A stretch of 10,020 bases of DNA, taken from NCBI GenBank assembly GCA_964537755.1, contig CAZIAQ010000002.1, forward strand, positions 171,567 through 181,586, read 5' to 3'. The stretch is from an uncultured Cytophagales bacterium. Its GTDB lineage: Bacteria > Bacteroidota > Bacteroidia > Cytophagales > Bernardetiaceae. Positions within the stretch are counted from its first letter, which is position 1. Every line of letters starts with the position of its first letter. This document shows, piece by piece, positions 7,861 to 10,020 of the stretch. The position numbers and the translations under genes were made by a program. The notes under the pieces are model-generated. The model saw only the letters and a list, made by a program, of their open reading frames with translations. It was not told the origin of the DNA and did no database searches.

Positions 7861-8403
7861 TTATAGGTTAGAGAATGCCGTTACGCGGGCTTGTATCCTC
7901 GGGCGTTCTCCGAGCGGCACCAAAACGATGATGTCCGTTGAGATGGTCTCGCCATCGCGGAGGATAAAACCTGCCTGGACACGCTCGGTGCGCGTGATCG
8001 TTTTTCCTTCGGCGTTGGTATCTTGCCGCTCAAAGGGGACAATAAACTGGTTGGCACGTACTTCGGCACTTTTGGAGGTCATGCGACGACCCGTAGCATT
8101 GATGCAATCAAAGACCCCAAAAACGGATGGATCCATGATACTCCCCCCAAAAGCTCCCTGAAAGCCCGTTCCGGTCAAGACAATTTTTGGGCAACCGCTT
8201 TGGTTAGTCAGATAAACCGTAATTTCGTACCGTGAAAATTCTTCTTTGCCCGCGCTTTGGGTGCGTTCATTGGTTACCGAAAAGCCCACCGACAAACCAT
8301 CCTGATTGGATGATTGGTTCTCTTCCAGGGGGATCACCTGTTGGGCAAGTCCTTGAAAACAAATCCAAAAGAAGGCCATGGCAAATACACACAACTTTTT
8401 CAT
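7861..8403 (-). CDS. Secreted hypothetical protein with a signal peptide
   Basis: 180 aa with signal peptide MKKLCVFAMAFFWICFQGLAQQ and no motif I recognise. It is convergent with the DUF4249 gene, and the two stops are 1 bp apart. Confidence 0.45.
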   Translation of the reverse strand: MKKLCVFAMAFFWICFQGLAQQVIPLEENQSSNQDGLSVGFSVTNERTQSAGKEEFSRYEITVYLTNQSGCPKIVLTGTGFQGAFGGSIMDPSVFGVFDCINATGRRMTSKSAEVRANQFIVPFERQDTNAEGKTITRTERVQAGFILRDGETISTDIIVLVPLGERPRIQARVTAFSNL

Positions 8404-8414
8404 AGGTCTTTTTA

Positions 8415-8435
8415 TTTTTTTTCCCTCAAAAAAAA
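8415..8435. promoter_or_regulatory. T8-CCCTC-A8 palindrome in a 47-bp divergent promoter region
   Basis: tttttttt ccctc aaaaaaaa sits between the divergent starts at 8403 (minus) and 8451 (plus). It could form a hairpin, or it could be an A-tract/UP-like element shared by both promoters. Confidence 0.2.
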
Positions 8436-8450
8436 CAATTATCGTTCCAA

Positions 8451-8999
8451 ATGAAAATCGCCATCATCTCTGGCAGCACCCGTCCAGGTCGCAACAGCCA
8501 CCGCCTAGCACTGGCTCTCGAGCAGTATCTGAAAAACCAAGCCGATACATCGGTACAACTGATCGACTTAGCCGCCCTTGACCTACCTCCTTTCGTAGAA
8601 CGCCTGCGGTTACTCGAAGACCCATCAGCGGAACTGCTCGCCGCCAGCACAGACCTAAAAAATGCCGATGCCGTGATTTTGGTCAGCCCAGAGTACAACG
8701 GTAGCTTCTCTTCTGCCCTCAAGGGATTCGTTGATCGTATGGGCAAGGACGAGCTAGGCGGAAAACCCATCGGCGTTGCCACAGCATCGACGGGGGCGAT
8801 GGGCGGTATGCGGGCAGCCCTGGCACTCCAACAGCTCATCCTGGCCGTGCAGGCCTATCCCCAACCCCAGATGCTCCTCTGTGGGCAGATCACCCAACAG
8901 ATCGACGAAACGGGGGCTTTAATCAACCCTGATTTTCTTTCTAAAATCGAAACCTTTGCGCAGGCACTCCTTAGCTTTGCCCAAAAAATGAAAGCCTAA
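8451..8999 (+). CDS. NADPH-dependent FMN reductase family oxidoreductase (flavodoxin-like fold)
   Basis: MKIAIISGSTRPGRNSHRLALAL...ADAVILVSPEYNGSFSSALKGFVDRM is the typical FMN_red (PF03358) N-terminal SGS.R..S.N motif plus the P-EYN core. Confidence 0.8.
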   Translation: MKIAIISGSTRPGRNSHRLALALEQYLKNQADTSVQLIDLAALDLPPFVERLRLLEDPSAELLAASTDLKNADAVILVSPEYNGSFSSALKGFVDRMGKDELGGKPIGVATASTGAMGGMRAALALQQLILAVQAYPQPQMLLCGQITQQIDETGALINPDFLSKIETFAQALLSFAQKMKA

Positions 9000-9652
9000 C
9001 GCGAGAGCATCGGGCGCGTTGCTACCTGTACCAATACCTCCCGCTTGACCTCATGCGCGCCCTCAAAAGGAATCACGCGCACCTGCGGAAAGACCCGTTG
9101 CAACAGAGACATCTGCCGCTCGAGCGTCTCGGGGGTATAAAATGGGTCTTCGCTGCCCACAAAGAAGTTTACTTCGATCTCGTCCGTGTTCAGGTAGCGG
9201 ACATCCTGCGGTGTGATCTCCTCGGGGAAGCCACCCGCCCAAAAAAACAACCGCTCAAACGGCACCTGATGCGCCAGGGCCCAACGGATCACGGCTGCCG
9301 CCCCCTGCGAGAAGCCAAAAAGCGTAAGACCTGCTGTATCAGGGGCTTCTGCGGTCTCGGCCGCAAAGACGGCGTTGAGGTAAGTGTACATATTTTGGAG
9401 GCTCATCTCCCGCTCCTCCCGCGTGATCCAGGAGGCACCCACGTGCTGGTACTTGTCGTCGAGATAAAAACGGGACAAGCCCTGGGGCGCAATCACGAAG
9501 TTTTCCTGTGGCTCCAGGGCATCAAAGCGACGGACAAAATGCCGCGCCAGTTGGCCATAGCCATGACAGGCCATCCAGATATGCCGCGTGGATGGGGTCA
9601 GGGCATGATACGTGGTATAAGGTGCCTGGATGGTAAGCGAAACGTGTTTCAT
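8996..9652 (-). CDS. Alpha/beta hydrolase, phospholipase/carboxylesterase family
   Basis: 218 aa. The nucleophile elbow is GFSQGA, with a likely Asp at GSEDPF and His at FEGAHEV completing a Ser-Asp-His triad. Size and motif order fit PF02230-type esterases. Its stop overlaps the FMN-reductase stop (convergent). Confidence 0.7.
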   Translation of the reverse strand: MKHVSLTIQAPYTTYHALTPSTRHIWMACHGYGQLARHFVRRFDALEPQENFVIAPQGLSRFYLDDKYQHVGASWITREEREMSLQNMYTYLNAVFAAETAEAPDTAGLTLFGFSQGAAAVIRWALAHQVPFERLFFWAGGFPEEITPQDVRYLNTDEIEVNFFVGSEDPFYTPETLERQMSLLQRVFPQVRVIPFEGAHEVKREVLVQVATRPMLSR

Positions 9653-9763
9653 CAGCCAAAGATAAGCAATATGGAGCGGTTTTGTGCAAGGGCAGGGGCG
9701 TTTTTGGTTTGCTGTAGTTTTTTAGTATGTTTGCTTTGGGGTGAGAGGTAAATCAAAAAAAAT

Positions 9764-10020
9764 ATGTACATCAGCAAAGTTAAAATCCAAAACTATCGTA
9801 ATTTCTCAAGTTTAGAACTTGATTTACAACCTTTTACACTTATTATTGGTGAAAATAATGTTGGTAAAACTAACTTGCTTAATGCGATTGGGTTGATACT
9901 TAGTCCTGATATTTCCTTTTTCCAAAAAAGAGTGTTGGAAACAGATGACTTTCATTATCAGAATGTTTTGCTTTTTAAAAAGCAAGTAATTACTGAAAAT
10001 GATTTTTCTAAACTCAACTT
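9764..10020 (+). CDS. Partial (N-terminal 85 aa, runs off window) AAA_15/OLD-family-like ATPase. The P-loop N-terminus resembles GajA, AriA and OLD defence ATPases.
   Basis: Translation: MYISKVKIQNYRNFSSLELDLQPFTLIIGENNVGKTNLLNAIGLILSPDISFFQKRVLETDDFHYQN... The pattern I.I.NFR.F....i.f....liiG.NN.GKTNlL.Ai, with Walker A GENNVGKT, is the hallmark N-terminus of OLD/AAA_15/AAA_21 ATPases. The gene is about 28% GC, against about 57% in the rest of the window. The ORF track missed it because there is no stop inside the window. Confidence 0.6.
   Translation, partial: MYISKVKIQNYRNFSSLELDLQPFTLIIGENNVGKTNLLNAIGLILSPDISFFQKRVLETDDFHYQNVLLFKKQVITENDFSKLN

Noticed and set aside
8426-8839. 137-aa minus-strand ORF
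   Set aside because: It is antisense to the FMN reductase gene, and its low-complexity Ala/Ser/Arg translation has no motifs.
9053-9751. 232-aa plus-strand ORF
   Set aside because: It is antisense to the well-supported esterase gene. Its Arg/Gly/His-rich low-complexity translation has no motifs.

Overview
The window looks like chromosome from a Bacteroidota-type organism, with housekeeping and accessory genes interleaved. The phylum call rests on a T9SS type-B C-terminal sorting domain, DUF4249 and DUF2892 proteins, the lack of Shine-Dalgarno spacing, and roughly 55-58% GC. I can support 13 coding regions. From left to right they are a large T9SS-secreted PKD-like protein (minus strand) and an orphan heme-copper oxidase subunit III homolog (minus). 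Next comes a tightly packed plus-strand four-gene cluster: a DUF697+SHOCT membrane protein, a class I SAM methyltransferase, an M50 site-2 protease and a DUF2892 membrane protein. After that sits a minus-strand two-gene operon of a divergent SIR2-like (DHS-like Rossmann) protein followed by an XRE-family HTH regulator. The remaining genes are a DUF4249 lipoprotein, a small secreted hypothetical protein, an NADPH-dependent FMN reductase, an alpha/beta-hydrolase esterase, and a truncated AT-rich gene at the 3' edge whose N-terminus looks like an OLD/AAA_15-type ATPase. Two things deserve the most attention. One is the SIR2-like plus HTH pair, where the catalytic Asn and His positions appear substituted and the protein carries a helical C-terminal extension. 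The other is the abrupt drop in GC at about 9760, where the OLD-family-like ATPase begins; this suggests the edge of a horizontally acquired defence island. No rRNA, tRNA, CRISPR array or recognisable IS/transposase is visible.
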